Program-made: the position numbers and the translations under genes
Assembly (NCBI RefSeq): GCF_024223415.1
Contig: NZ_CP100502.1
Direction: 5' to 3' (one strand)
Source of the DNA: Escherichia coli
GTDB taxonomy: Bacteria; Pseudomonadota; Gammaproteobacteria; Enterobacterales; Enterobacteriaceae
DNA: 64,000 nucleotides
The notes under the pieces: model-generated
The model's database searches: none
What the model was told of the DNA's origin: nothing
The model's input: the letters and a program-made list of their open reading frames with translations, nothing else
Part shown: piece after piece, positions 51,156 to 61,144 of the stretch
Layout of the letters: each line of letters begins with the position of its first letter
Position numbering within the stretch: position 1 is the first letter of the stretch

Positions 51156-52097
51156 GTGAGTAAGAAGAAAAACACCACAACGCCCACGCCGCATGATGCC
51201 GCGTTCCGGTCGTTCCTGGCGAATCCCGACGTCGCCAGAGATTTTCTGGAACTGCATCTTCCTGCGGAGTACCGGCAGTTGTGCGACCTGTCCACGCTGA
51301 AGCTGGAACCCGCCACCTTTGTTGAGCCGGACCTGCATCAGTACGCCAGCGATATCCTCTGGAGCGTGAAAACCACCGGGGGTGAAGATGGTTATGTTTA
51401 TACGCTCATCGAGCACCAGAGCACCGAAAATCTGTACATGCCTTTTCGCATGTTACGCTACAGTGTGGCGGCGATGCAGAGACATCTGGAGCAGCACAAA
51501 ACGTTGCCACTGGTCATTCCGGTGCTGTTCTATCACGGTGAGCGCAGCCCGTACCCGTACAGCATGAACTGGCTGGACTGTTTTGAGAATCCGGCGCTTG
51601 CGGCTAAAATATACACAAAGCCGTTTCCGCTGGTTGATATCACTGTCGTTGATGACAATGAAATCATGAACCATCGCCGGATGGCCGCACTGACGCTGCT
51701 GATGAAGCATATCCGTCAGCGGGATATGCTGATGTGTCTGGACAACCTGGTCAGAGCACTGCAGGACATCCAGGATGAAGAGCAGATTACAGTTCTTTTC
51801 AACTATCTGCTTAATGGCAGCGAACATGTAACGGTTGAATTTTTGCAGACGCTGGCGCAGCGACTGCCGCAGCACGAGGACAGCATTATGACACTGGCAG
51901 AACGTCTTAAGCAGGAAGGTATCCAGCAAGGTATCCAGCAGGGTATCCAGCAGGGTATCCAGCAGGGAGTTCAGCAGGGGGCGCTTCAAAAAGCACGGGA
52001 AATCGCCCGGGAGCTCCGGAACGCGGGAATGCCGGCAGCACAAATCTGTCAGCTGACCGGACTTTCTGAAGCTGAACTGAAGAACATCACTCACTGA
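51156..52097 (+). CDS. Rpn-family (YhgA-like) recombination-promoting nuclease
   Basis: 313 aa from GTG; PD-(D/E)xK-type N-terminal region, C-terminal QQGIQQG repeat. Confidence 0.75.
   Translation: MSKKKNTTTPTPHDAAFRSFLANPDVARDFLELHLPAEYRQLCDLSTLKLEPATFVEPDLHQYASDILWSVKTTGGEDGYVYTLIEHQSTENLYMPFRMLRYSVAAMQRHLEQHKTLPLVIPVLFYHGERSPYPYSMNWLDCFENPALAAKIYTKPFPLVDITVVDDNEIMNHRRMAALTLLMKHIRQRDMLMCLDNLVRALQDIQDEEQITVLFNYLLNGSEHVTVEFLQTLAQRLPQHEDSIMTLAERLKQEGIQQGIQQGIQQGIQQGVQQGALQKAREIARELRNAGMPAAQICQLTGLSEAELKNITH
51918..51977 (+). repeat. Five tandem 12-bp repeats (GGTATCCAGCAG-like) encoding (QQGI)n within the Rpn gene
   Basis: Read directly. Confidence 0.85.
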
Positions 52098-52158
52098 TGA
52101 GAGCCAAAAGGCCCGGCAAAATGCCGGGCCTTTTGCCAGCAGGAGCAGAGAAAACAGT

Positions 52159-52329
52159 ATGACGATTGCAGAACGTCTTATACAGAAAGGTTTTGAAAAA
52201 GGTGCTCTTGAAGTGGCGCGGGAAATAGCCTGCCGGCTTCGGGATATGGGCTGGACGCCGGAACGGATTCAGGAGGCCACGGGACTTTCCGGTGAAGAAC
52301 TGAAAAAACTGTTTCCTGATGAGCAGTAG
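52159..52329 (+). CDS. Small ORF resembling the C-terminal domain of the adjacent Rpn protein (RpnS-like)
   Basis: 56-aa MTIAERLIQKGFEKGALEVAREIACRLRDMGWTPERIQEATGLSGEELKKLFPDEQ; parallels Rpn C-terminus; SD AGGAGCAGAG. Confidence 0.5.
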   Translation: MTIAERLIQKGFEKGALEVAREIACRLRDMGWTPERIQEATGLSGEELKKLFPDEQ

Positions 52330-52359
52330 CCTGGCATTCTGCCAGGCTGTGAACCACGC

Positions 52360-52611
52360 TCACACATCCTCTGCCGTTTCCCCCAGTTCATTTTCCAGAC
52401 GCCTGATGATATCTGCCTTGCGCATCCCCTGCATGTGAGGCAGCAGGTCACGGACTGAAAGTGCCTGGGTGGTCCTCCAGACGGTGACATCCACCTGTTC
52501 CGCATTTTCCCAGGCGTGCCATGTTCTCTGTGTCACGCCAAATTCTCTGGCCGCTTTTTCGCGTGACCAGAGCATGCTTTTTCGCCAGATTCGCAGTTCC
52601 CAGCCGGTCAT
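52360..52611 (-). CDS. Small helix-turn-helix regulator (XRE-like)
   Basis: 83-aa ORF with HTH-like segment. Confidence 0.5.
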   Translation of the reverse strand: MTGWELRIWRKSMLWSREKAAREFGVTQRTWHAWENAEQVDVTVWRTTQALSVRDLLPHMQGMRKADIIRRLENELGETAEDV

Positions 52612-52814
52612 AAAACACCTTTGAAAAAGTGAAAAAACTTCACTTTATTTTATCACCATAACCACCAAATCAGCGCGAAAAATAAGTGTGAAAAAGTGAA
52701 GGAATTTCACTTTTTTTGATTGTAGGTGTCGTGCTGTTTTCTCTGTTTTCACCTGTGCGGGAGTGGTGTGCCAGTGACCACCACATGCCATTGTTGCGCC
52801 GTCGTTTTTCTTCA

Positions 52815-53150
52815 GTCGCGCCGGATGCGGCGCTCCCTGCACACCTTACGGTGTGTAAGGCCACTGCGCCTGATGGCGCAGCTGTCTCTGCCTGTCTGCC
52901 GCCGCACTGCGGCCTGTTCTCCGCAGATGGACTTTCCGGGGGTACATACACGACCACATCCCGTTTCAGTCGTCCAGGGGAGAGATGTACCAGCCACAAA
53001 ACTTTTTGCCGCAGGCGTCAAAAACTTTTGCGTCTGCCCCCGGACAACTGCCCCGTGACGTGGTGAGCGTCCCCCGTCGGAAAGGTCCACTGCGGGGAAA
53101 TCCCCGAAGACCCGGACGGCAGAAGGAGCTTCGCTCCTCCGGGAAATGAC
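52815..53150. repeat. Leading-region repeat, family A copy 3 (partial)
   Basis: Aligns with the distal two-thirds of the family A repeats. Confidence 0.65.
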
Positions 53151-53187
53151 CTGGCTGACCCGGCAGTCGTGACGATGAGGAGACAAT

Positions 53188-54039
53188 GTGATGAATCAGA
53201 CTTTACCCACTGCTGACCTGAATACTGCCGGCACGACAGATGTTATTCCGTCTGTGGCCATCGACCGCATCATCGCGCAGCGTAACGAAGGTATTGCACT
53301 GTTCATGCAGGCGATGGAATGCCTGGCGACAGCGCGCAGGATTCTGCTTGATGCGTCAGGTGATATTTTTCTTTACGGTTTTGAAGACTGCGTGACCGAC
53401 TCCGTTCGGTGCATGGATAAACCGGAAGAAGCGAAAAGGAATATCACCCGTCTTGCCGACCGGAAAATCTGGGACCGCCTGATGACGGATACGGGGATGT
53501 ACACCTTCATGAGTTCATGTCAGCGTGATGAGTGGAACAGCCAGCTGATGAGCGACACCTGTCCTGAAATCACCCTGGACAATGTACTGGCAACTTTTCG
53601 CCATCTGAATGCCAGTAAGATGCAGACATTTGAACAGGGACTGATTGATGTCTACCGGAAATTGTCATGGGATTACAGAACCAATAATCCCTGCCGTCTG
53701 GGCAAGAGAATCATTATTGAAAACCTGCTGTACCGCTGGAGTAACGGGCGTGTTACGCTGGACTGCAGCGGACGGGAGGCACTGGATGACCTGGTACGTC
53801 CGTTTTATCTGCTGGAGGGGCGCAACGTTCCTGACTTCCGGAGCAGCATCGGGGCGCAGTACGGTGAATTTATCGGGAACGGCGACAATGTCGGTAAGCT
53901 GTTAGAAGGGGAATATTTTACGGTGCGTGGCTACCAGAAAGGGACCGTACACATTGTCTTTAAGCGTCCTGACCTTGTTGAAAAACTGAATGATATTATT
54001 GCACGGCATTATCCTGGTTCATTGCCGCCACGAGTCTGA
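53188..54039 (+). CDS. Hypothetical protein directly downstream of the partial family A repeat
   Basis: 283-aa ORF with SD GAGGAG. Confidence 0.55.
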   Translation: MMNQTLPTADLNTAGTTDVIPSVAIDRIIAQRNEGIALFMQAMECLATARRILLDASGDIFLYGFEDCVTDSVRCMDKPEEAKRNITRLADRKIWDRLMTDTGMYTFMSSCQRDEWNSQLMSDTCPEITLDNVLATFRHLNASKMQTFEQGLIDVYRKLSWDYRTNNPCRLGKRIIIENLLYRWSNGRVTLDCSGREALDDLVRPFYLLEGRNVPDFRSSIGAQYGEFIGNGDNVGKLLEGEYFTVRGYQKGTVHIVFKRPDLVEKLNDIIARHYPGSLPPRV

Positions 54040-54123
54040 TTAAACAGAAAAGCCCTGGTATTTATGCCGGGGCTTTTTTTCTGTAATCATCATAATATCA
54101 GAACATGATGTGACATTGTCACA

Positions 54124-54465
54124 TCAATTGTTGTTCATATCGATGCCATCTTTCCTGGCTGAATCTGTCTTTTTAGATGCTGTTTTAGAGGAAGAACGGC
54201 GGGATGGCTTTTTCGATTCTGCTTCCCGAATAATGTCACGAAGTGCCTTCTCTCCTACTTCATACCCTGCATTTTTGAGCGTATCACGAACATCTGCCAG
54301 TGTATAACCCTTTGTCCTTACCAGAACAATAATGTCATCACGAATGGCATCAAGAAAATCACGCAATGTTTTCCGTTGAGCGGTGAGATCTGGCAATTCC
54401 GATAAAGCAGCTTTTGCCAGCTGGATGTCATCATCTGAGTAAAATTTTTTAGAAGCCATTGGCAC
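54124..54465 (-). CDS. Hypothetical protein transcribed divergently from nikA next to oriT
   Basis: 113-aa ORF with Lys/Ser-rich C-terminal tail. Confidence 0.45.
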   Translation of the reverse strand: MPMASKKFYSDDDIQLAKAALSELPDLTAQRKTLRDFLDAIRDDIIVLVRTKGYTLADVRDTLKNAGYEVGEKALRDIIREAESKKPSRRSSSKTASKKTDSARKDGIDMNNN

Positions 54466-54559
54466 TTTCTCTCCGTTTCATGTTGAAGTCTGATTTTATC
54501 ATCAAAAACTGACTCCTGGCAGGGCTGCGCCCTGCCTCTGCCGTCTGCATAAGACTATG

Positions 54560-54692
54560 ATGCACAAAAATAACAGGCTATAATGGCCTGAAAAACGGGA
54601 CAGGATGTGCAATTGTAATACCGTCACACGCGACGCTATTACAATTGCCATCTGGTCAGGGCTTCGCCCCGACACCCCGTAAGGAGCCTGAA
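54560..54692. other. Putative origin of transfer (oriT)
   Basis: Immediately upstream of nikA; inverted repeat GCAATTGTAATAC ... TATTACAATTGC around 54609-54658. Confidence 0.5.
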
Positions 54693-55025
54693 GTGAGTGA
54701 TAGTGCGGTAAGAAAGAAAAGTGAGGTACGGCAAAAGACAGTTGTCAGGACACTCAGATTCTCTCCTGTTGAGGATGAAACCATCAGGAAAAAAGCTGAA
54801 GATTCCGGACTTACTGTATCTGCTTACATCCGAAATGCAGCACTGAATAAGCGAATTAACTCCCGTACAGATGATGCTTTTCTGAAGGAGTTAATGAGAC
54901 TGGGAAGGATGCAGAAGCATCTGTTTGTTCAGGGAAAAAGAACCGGTGACAAGGAATACGCAGAAGTGCTTGTTGCCATAACCGAACTTACAAATACATT
55001 GCGTAAACAGTTAATGGAAGGTTGA
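54693..55025 (+). CDS. nikA: Relaxosome accessory protein NikA (ribbon-helix-helix)
   Basis: 110 aa from GTG, MSDSAVRKKSEVRQKTVVRTLRFSPVEDETIRKK. Confidence 0.85.
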   Translation: MSDSAVRKKSEVRQKTVVRTLRFSPVEDETIRKKAEDSGLTVSAYIRNAALNKRINSRTDDAFLKELMRLGRMQKHLFVQGKRTGDKEYAEVLVAITELTNTLRKQLMEG

Positions 55026-55035
55026 GGATTCTCCG

Positions 55036-57735
55036 GTGAATGCAGTCATTCCGAAAAAGAGAAGGGACGGCAAGTCTTCGTTCGAAGACCTGGTATCCTA
55101 CGTCTCTGTCCGGGATGACATGACCGATGAGGAACTGGATTTATCTTCTTCTTCGCAGGCTGAACAACCGCACCGAAGCCGTTTCAGTCGCCTTGTTGAT
55201 TATGCGACACGTCTTCGAAATGAGTCATTCGTGGCGCTGGTTGATGTCATGAAGGACGGCTGCGAATGGGTCAACTTTTATGGTGTCACCTGCTTTCATA
55301 ACTGTACTTCTCTTGAAACTGCCGCTGCAGATATGGAGTACATTGCCCGGCAGGCACACTATGCAAAAGATGACACTGATCCTGTTTTTCACTACATCCT
55401 TTCCTGGCAGTCACATGAAAGCCCGCGTCCGGAACAGATTTATGACAGTGTACGTCATACGCTGAAATCACTCGGCCTTGCCGACCATCAGTATGTCTCT
55501 GCCGTGCATACTGATACAGATAATCTGCACGTCCATGTGGCTGTTAACCGGGTACACCCTGAAACGGGTTATCTGAACCGGTTATCCTGGAGTCAGGAAA
55601 AACTCAGTCGTGCCTGCCGTGAGCTTGAACTGAAGCATGGTTTTGCTCCGGATAACGGTTGCTGGGTCCATGCACCGGGAAATCGTATCGTTCGCAAAAC
55701 CGCCGTTGAACGTGATCGCCAGAACGCGTGGACACGCGGGAAAAAACAAACTTTTCGCGAGTATGTCGCGCAGACAGCGGTCGCTGGTTTACGCAGTGAA
55801 CCTGTAAATGACTGGTTATCCCTGCATCGTCGTCTTGCGGAAGATGGTCTGTACCTGTCTCAGATGGACGGAAAATTTCTGGTGATGGATGGCTGGGATC
55901 GCAACAGGGAAGGTGTACAGCTTGACTCGTTTGGTCCCTCCTGGTGTGCAGAAAAACTCATGAAAAAAATGGGTGACTACACGCCAGTACCAAAAGACAT
56001 TTTCAGCCAGGTGGAAGCACCAGGACGCTATAATCCGGACTTCATTGCCGCTGATGTTCGCCCGGAAAAAATCGCTGAAACAGAAAGTCTGCAGCAGTAT
56101 GCCTGTCGTCATCTTGGAGAACGTCTGCCGGAAATGGCACGGGAAGGACGGCTGGAAAACTGCCAGGCTATTCACCGCACACTGGCTGAAGCGGGATTAT
56201 GGATGCGTGTTCAGCATGGTCACCTGGTTATCTGTGACGGTTATGATCATAACCAGACTCCCGTTCGTGCTGACAGCGTATGGTCGCTGCTGACGCTCGA
56301 CAATGTGAATCAACTCGATGGTGGCTGGCAGCCTGTACCAACAGATATTTTCCGCCAGGTTACGCCAACAGAACGCTTCCGTGGTCGTCGTATGGAGAGC
56401 TGTCCTGCGACCGATAAAGAATGGCACCGTATGCGTACAGGCACGGGGCCGCAGGGGGCTATCAAACGCGAACTGTTTTCTGACAAAGAAAGTCTGTGGG
56501 GATACAGCATCAGCCATTGTAGCCCTCAGATTGAAGAAATGATCACACAGGGTGAGTTTACCTGGCAGCGTTGTCATGAGCTGTTTGCACAACAGGGACT
56601 GATGCTACAGAAACAACATCACGGGCTTGTTGTCGTTGATGCCTTTAATCATGAGCAAACGCCGGTGAAGGCCAGCAGCATTCATCCTGATCTGACACTG
56701 GGGCGTGCAGAGCCACAGGCCGGACCTTTTGTGAGTGCCCCAGCAGATTTGTTTGACAGGGTGCAACCTGAAAGTCGCTATAACCCGGAGCTGGCTGTCA
56801 GTGACAGGTACGGGGTCAGCAGTAAACGTGACCCAATGCTGCGCCGGCAGCGACGTGAAGCCAGAGCTGAGGCCCGTGCTGACCTGCGTGCCCGCTATCT
56901 GGCATGGCGTGAACAATGGCGTAAACCAGATCTGCGTTATGGGGAACGTTGTCGGGAAATTCATCAGGCATGCCGTCTGCGGAAGTCACACATTCGTGCG
57001 CAGTACGATGATCCGGCATTACGTAAGCTGCATTATCACATTGCAGAAGTTCAGCGAATGCAGGCATTGATCAGGCTGAAAGAAGACATCAGGGATGAGC
57101 GACAGAAACTTATTGCTGATGGGAAATGGTATCCACCCTCTTACCGTCAGTGGGTCGAAATTCAGGCTGCTCAGGGAGACAGGGCTGCTGTATCGCAGCT
57201 GAGAGGCTGGGATTATCGCGATCGCCGTAAAGACAGGTCACGCACAACGACGACAGACCGCTGTGTCGTGCTTTGTGAACCGGGCGGAACGCCGGTATAC
57301 GGTAATACCGGTGATCTCGAGGCCCGTCTGCAGAAGAACGGGAGTGTTCGTTTCCGTGACCGTCGGACGGGAGAGTTTGTCTGTACGGATTATGGTGACA
57401 GGGTTGTTTTCCGTAATCACCATGACCGCAATGCGCTGGCAGATAAACTGGATTTGATTGCACCGGTATTATTCGGGCGTGATCCACGCATGGGTTTTGA
57501 ACCAGAAGGAAACGACAAACAATTTAACCAGGTCTTTGCTGAAATGGTTGCCTGGCATAATGTGACAGGCCGTACCGGTCACGAAGACTACAGGATTACG
57601 CGACCGGACGTGGATCATCACCGTGAAGGAAGTGAACGCTACTACCGCGATTATATCGCGGCGAACAGCAACAATGACGCATCACTGCCTCCGCCGGAGC
57701 AGGATAAACGCTGGGAACCGCCTTCTCCAGGTTAA
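55036..57735 (+). CDS. nikB: Relaxase NikB
   Basis: 899-aa ORF with relaxase histidine motif HVHVAVNRVHPETG. Confidence 0.9.
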   Translation: MNAVIPKKRRDGKSSFEDLVSYVSVRDDMTDEELDLSSSSQAEQPHRSRFSRLVDYATRLRNESFVALVDVMKDGCEWVNFYGVTCFHNCTSLETAAADMEYIARQAHYAKDDTDPVFHYILSWQSHESPRPEQIYDSVRHTLKSLGLADHQYVSAVHTDTDNLHVHVAVNRVHPETGYLNRLSWSQEKLSRACRELELKHGFAPDNGCWVHAPGNRIVRKTAVERDRQNAWTRGKKQTFREYVAQTAVAGLRSEPVNDWLSLHRRLAEDGLYLSQMDGKFLVMDGWDRNREGVQLDSFGPSWCAEKLMKKMGDYTPVPKDIFSQVEAPGRYNPDFIAADVRPEKIAETESLQQYACRHLGERLPEMAREGRLENCQAIHRTLAEAGLWMRVQHGHLVICDGYDHNQTPVRADSVWSLLTLDNVNQLDGGWQPVPTDIFRQVTPTERFRGRRMESCPATDKEWHRMRTGTGPQGAIKRELFSDKESLWGYSISHCSPQIEEMITQGEFTWQRCHELFAQQGLMLQKQHHGLVVVDAFNHEQTPVKASSIHPDLTLGRAEPQAGPFVSAPADLFDRVQPESRYNPELAVSDRYGVSSKRDPMLRRQRREARAEARADLRARYLAWREQWRKPDLRYGERCREIHQACRLRKSHIRAQYDDPALRKLHYHIAEVQRMQALIRLKEDIRDERQKLIADGKWYPPSYRQWVEIQAAQGDRAAVSQLRGWDYRDRRKDRSRTTTTDRCVVLCEPGGTPVYGNTGDLEARLQKNGSVRFRDRRTGEFVCTDYGDRVVFRNHHDRNALADKLDLIAPVLFGRDPRMGFEPEGNDKQFNQVFAEMVAWHNVTGRTGHEDYRITRPDVDHHREGSERYYRDYIAANSNNDASLPPPEQDKRWEPPSPG

Positions 57736-57771
57736 AAAAAAGGCCGCGCCAGAATCCGGCGCGGCCACTGT

Positions 57772-60063
57772 TCAGTACATTCCGTCCCAGTCCGGACGGT
57801 TGGTTTTTTTATGATGAAACCCGTTTACAGGACGCCCTGTCGGGTGGTTATTGTCCTGTGGAAGCGTTAACAGGTTTATACCTGCTCTTTCTGCTCTCAC
57901 TGATATCTGATTTTCCTCTTTTGTTTCAGGTAGTTCTGGTCTGTTCAGCGTGATATAGCGAATTCGTCGCTCTTCCCGTGTGGTCGTTTTAAGCGTATTC
58001 ACCGCTGTTTCCCACAAGGCACTTTCACGTGCGTTGATATCTGTGTCGTACTCTTCCAGCATTGCCATAGCCGCCTGACGTCCTGCAATGCGTTGCTGGA
58101 ATGTATCCACGATCGTGTGCGGCTCTGTGCGAATTTTTCGTCTTTTTCTGGAGGGTTTTGCAGTCAGGACGCCAATGATGGCACTGACATTTTCCGGTGA
58201 CGGTATTCGACGTTGAGTAGTACGGGGAACAAGACGGCGGAGACGGTCCAGGCGTGGCGCATCCACGCTGATATACCTGTTTATAACAACGGGATCGCTG
58301 CTGCAGCTTTTCTCATCGTCAGGGATGAAGAATGATGCTGATGGTACGGTTTCTCCCCGGAAAATAGAAAAGAACTCGCCAGGATGAAGTTCAATCAACT
58401 CCTGAACATTTATCTTGCTTTCCATCAGGATGCTGATTTGTGGGCTGTCAATCCATGATTCACCAAATATGCCGTCCTGACGCTGCAGGTTGTTCATTCT
58501 CGCCCTGGCTTCTTCACCGGCGGCGCTTTTCAGCGTTCTGGCCGTACTACCCTCGCTGACAATCCTGCCGGCAAATTTTGTCCCCGTGTTCTGCATCAGT
58601 GTTGCAGTATTCGTGGCTGTTGTCTGTCCTTCTATACGTTCCTGGTCCTGTGCCATCAAAATCAGAGCAAAATCCAGTGAACGCACCTGAGTGGCTTCCA
58701 CAGCAATACGGTCCGTATAGTATGCCCCCACTTCATCAAGGAAACACAGATAAGGGAAACGCCCCTTATATTTTTTGACTTCCAGTGCATCGGAATCAGT
58801 TCCTTCGAGGCGGTAGCCCAAATCACGGGCGAGAATCATACTTTTCTGGGTGATAAACATTCGTCCAAGAGCAGACGTTGTATGCGCTGATGTATCCAGA
58901 GCGGGGATCATTACCATCAGAATCCTGTCGCTGTGAATGCTGTCACGGATATCGATATCACCGGAATCTTCAGCAAAAATATCCCCGAATGCTTCCGTGA
59001 ATGTGCTGAAAGTTTCAGAAAACTGCCCGGAGAGATAAGCATGTTGTTTTCTGGGTTCTTCCGTCCAGGCTGATGGTGTCCTGACCAGCGACAGGTCGAA
59101 ACCGGGAACGTCCTGAAGGTAGTTACGTAACGGTGCGATAGCTTCTTCCGGCCACTGATCATCGAGGCCACGACAGTAAAGTTTGGCCATCCCTTCGAGA
59201 GTCATATGTTCACGGAGCATCTGCAGCGACATTGTTTTGCCTTCGCGCACACACCAGAATTTAGTACCAAATACTAGTGCCTTATTCATGGCAATGGCCC
59301 GGGACTGCCACTCGCCCCCCTGGACGTTCTGGGGCAGCATTGACTGCATTGTCTCCGCTGTGAATGCCTCAGTGCTGTAACAGAAGGGATTCCAGGTATT
59401 TGACTGAGGACGCGTTTTTTCACCACTCAGAATGATTTCACTGCGGGATTTTCCTCCGTTCATGAAGTTAATGACTTCCACATCGTCTTCACGTCCAAAG
59501 CGTCTGGCCAGATACCAGATCGTTCTTGCCGTATCATTCTGTGCCTTGCCATCGACAAGGGTGAATCCTCTTGCCCAGCAAAGTGGGTTAATCGCCCAGG
59601 CAAAGATGGTTTCCGTTTTACCGCCACCGGTGGTGGCGAAAAACATTATATGGCGGGTCAGATCGTCCATACTCAGCCATAACTCCCTGCCAATATCCCT
59701 GACGCGTTGATAACCAACATAGAATATGCCGCTGGCCGGTGATTCCAGAATGACCTCATACTGGAACAGGGTTGGCCAGAAGCTGAAAAGACTTCTTTTA
59801 ATCATTCTGTCCTGTGACGGGTCAGCACATTCCAGCGTCATGGGCATACGAAGAGGGCAGCGCCATCGCTGCAGACTAAATACCAGCATTGTTATCAGTG
59901 TGAACAACAGACATGCCGGTAATGCAAGTGGCCAGATAAAACTGGCCACAAGACTTGCCACCAGGCAAAAGCCATAGATATTGAGACTCTGGAGTGCATT
60001 CCAGACAGGATTTCCCCAGGCTGTACGGTGTAAAAGCTCGGGGTTAACGCGATGTTCACTCAT
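57772..60063 (-). CDS. trbC: Conjugation protein TrbC (Walker A ATPase)
   Basis: 763-aa ORF; N-terminal membrane helices; FATTGGGKTE. Confidence 0.8.
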   Translation of the reverse strand: MSEHRVNPELLHRTAWGNPVWNALQSLNIYGFCLVASLVASFIWPLALPACLLFTLITMLVFSLQRWRCPLRMPMTLECADPSQDRMIKRSLFSFWPTLFQYEVILESPASGIFYVGYQRVRDIGRELWLSMDDLTRHIMFFATTGGGKTETIFAWAINPLCWARGFTLVDGKAQNDTARTIWYLARRFGREDDVEVINFMNGGKSRSEIILSGEKTRPQSNTWNPFCYSTEAFTAETMQSMLPQNVQGGEWQSRAIAMNKALVFGTKFWCVREGKTMSLQMLREHMTLEGMAKLYCRGLDDQWPEEAIAPLRNYLQDVPGFDLSLVRTPSAWTEEPRKQHAYLSGQFSETFSTFTEAFGDIFAEDSGDIDIRDSIHSDRILMVMIPALDTSAHTTSALGRMFITQKSMILARDLGYRLEGTDSDALEVKKYKGRFPYLCFLDEVGAYYTDRIAVEATQVRSLDFALILMAQDQERIEGQTTATNTATLMQNTGTKFAGRIVSEGSTARTLKSAAGEEARARMNNLQRQDGIFGESWIDSPQISILMESKINVQELIELHPGEFFSIFRGETVPSASFFIPDDEKSCSSDPVVINRYISVDAPRLDRLRRLVPRTTQRRIPSPENVSAIIGVLTAKPSRKRRKIRTEPHTIVDTFQQRIAGRQAAMAMLEEYDTDINARESALWETAVNTLKTTTREERRIRYITLNRPELPETKEENQISVRAERAGINLLTLPQDNNHPTGRPVNGFHHKKTNRPDWDGMY

Positions 60064-61126
60064 GGCCAGACTCGCTGTCGGTGGTTTTCAGGAATAAATT
60101 AAGCGTGCCAGTTTCCTGCAGAATTCCTGTAGGCAGATGCCAGCCGGTGTCGGACAGCACCCATGGGGTACCGGCAAATCCGAACTTACGGAAGGCGACA
60201 TTGTTAACATCAATCGCAGCTCTGGCTGCTTTCAGGCATGTTTCATCTGCAGGCGTTGTTTCTTCTGATGGCGTCATCATTCCGTTATCTGCGGAATACA
60301 GTCGGTGCCAGCCGGCAGCACGTTTCTGAGCATCTTTTTCACACAGCAGTGGTGCCACACGGTCGGTGGATTCCTCTCCACCAATAACTGAAACCGGGTA
60401 GATAACGACATTGAAGTCGCTGGCCAGGCGTTTTAAGGCCGGCTCCAGAAGTCTGCAGTTAGGACAGGCAGGATCGAGAAATGCGAACAGGGTTCGTTCA
60501 TGACCGGATGACAGGTTGATGGTAAACATGCCCCGATCGGCGTTCCGCTTCAGAACAGTAGCCAGATTATGTCGCGCAGCTGCGGCTTCCGGATTTTTGC
60601 TTGTGATTGTTTTCTCCGGGACCTGGACGTCTTTTTTCGGGGGAACCGGGAGTTGAATGCCTTCATTTAATGGCACAGTGTGATTCAGGTGAGGGGGTAG
60701 CAGTCGTGGCTCACCTGCTGTCTGTACTGCTTCGGGCGTTGTATCATCCCAGAATACACGATCAACATAGCGGAACAGAGAGAAGCCAATCGTTGCCATT
60801 ACGAACAGCACAACGCTGGCGATTATGCCACGGAACAAAGGTGTTCTGCTGAAGCGGCGTTCCATCAGATATTCAAGGCGCAGGCAGGAATCAATAGCTG
60901 TAAGTATCTGGTCAGCGTTATGCTCCTGTTTATCAATCAGGACGGTTTCTCTGTTACGGGTGCCCATGGCGTCAAAGGCTATATGAATCAGTTGATTATT
61001 TCGTGTTACCAGCCCTGACAGGGCATCCCGTGGAAGGACGGCAATAATTTCTGTCCTGCCATCCGGCCAGATTGCCTGCACGGAAATATGTTTTGCAATG
61101 CGTGTTGCAAAGTACTCGATTGTCAT
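60056..61126 (-). CDS. trbB: Conjugation protein TrbB, thioredoxin-fold disulfide isomerase-like
   Basis: 356-aa ORF with CPNC motif. Confidence 0.8.
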   Translation of the reverse strand: MTIEYFATRIAKHISVQAIWPDGRTEIIAVLPRDALSGLVTRNNQLIHIAFDAMGTRNRETVLIDKQEHNADQILTAIDSCLRLEYLMERRFSRTPLFRGIIASVVLFVMATIGFSLFRYVDRVFWDDTTPEAVQTAGEPRLLPPHLNHTVPLNEGIQLPVPPKKDVQVPEKTITSKNPEAAAARHNLATVLKRNADRGMFTINLSSGHERTLFAFLDPACPNCRLLEPALKRLASDFNVVIYPVSVIGGEESTDRVAPLLCEKDAQKRAAGWHRLYSADNGMMTPSEETTPADETCLKAARAAIDVNNVAFRKFGFAGTPWVLSDTGWHLPTGILQETGTLNLFLKTTDSESGHE

Positions 61127-61144
61127 TTTCAGTTCTCCGGATAA

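Noticed and set aside
51918-51977. Tandem 12-bp repeats considered as a possible CRISPR-like or iteron array
   Set aside because: Repeats are contiguous with no spacers and lie in frame inside the Rpn-like gene, encoding a (QQGI)n linker
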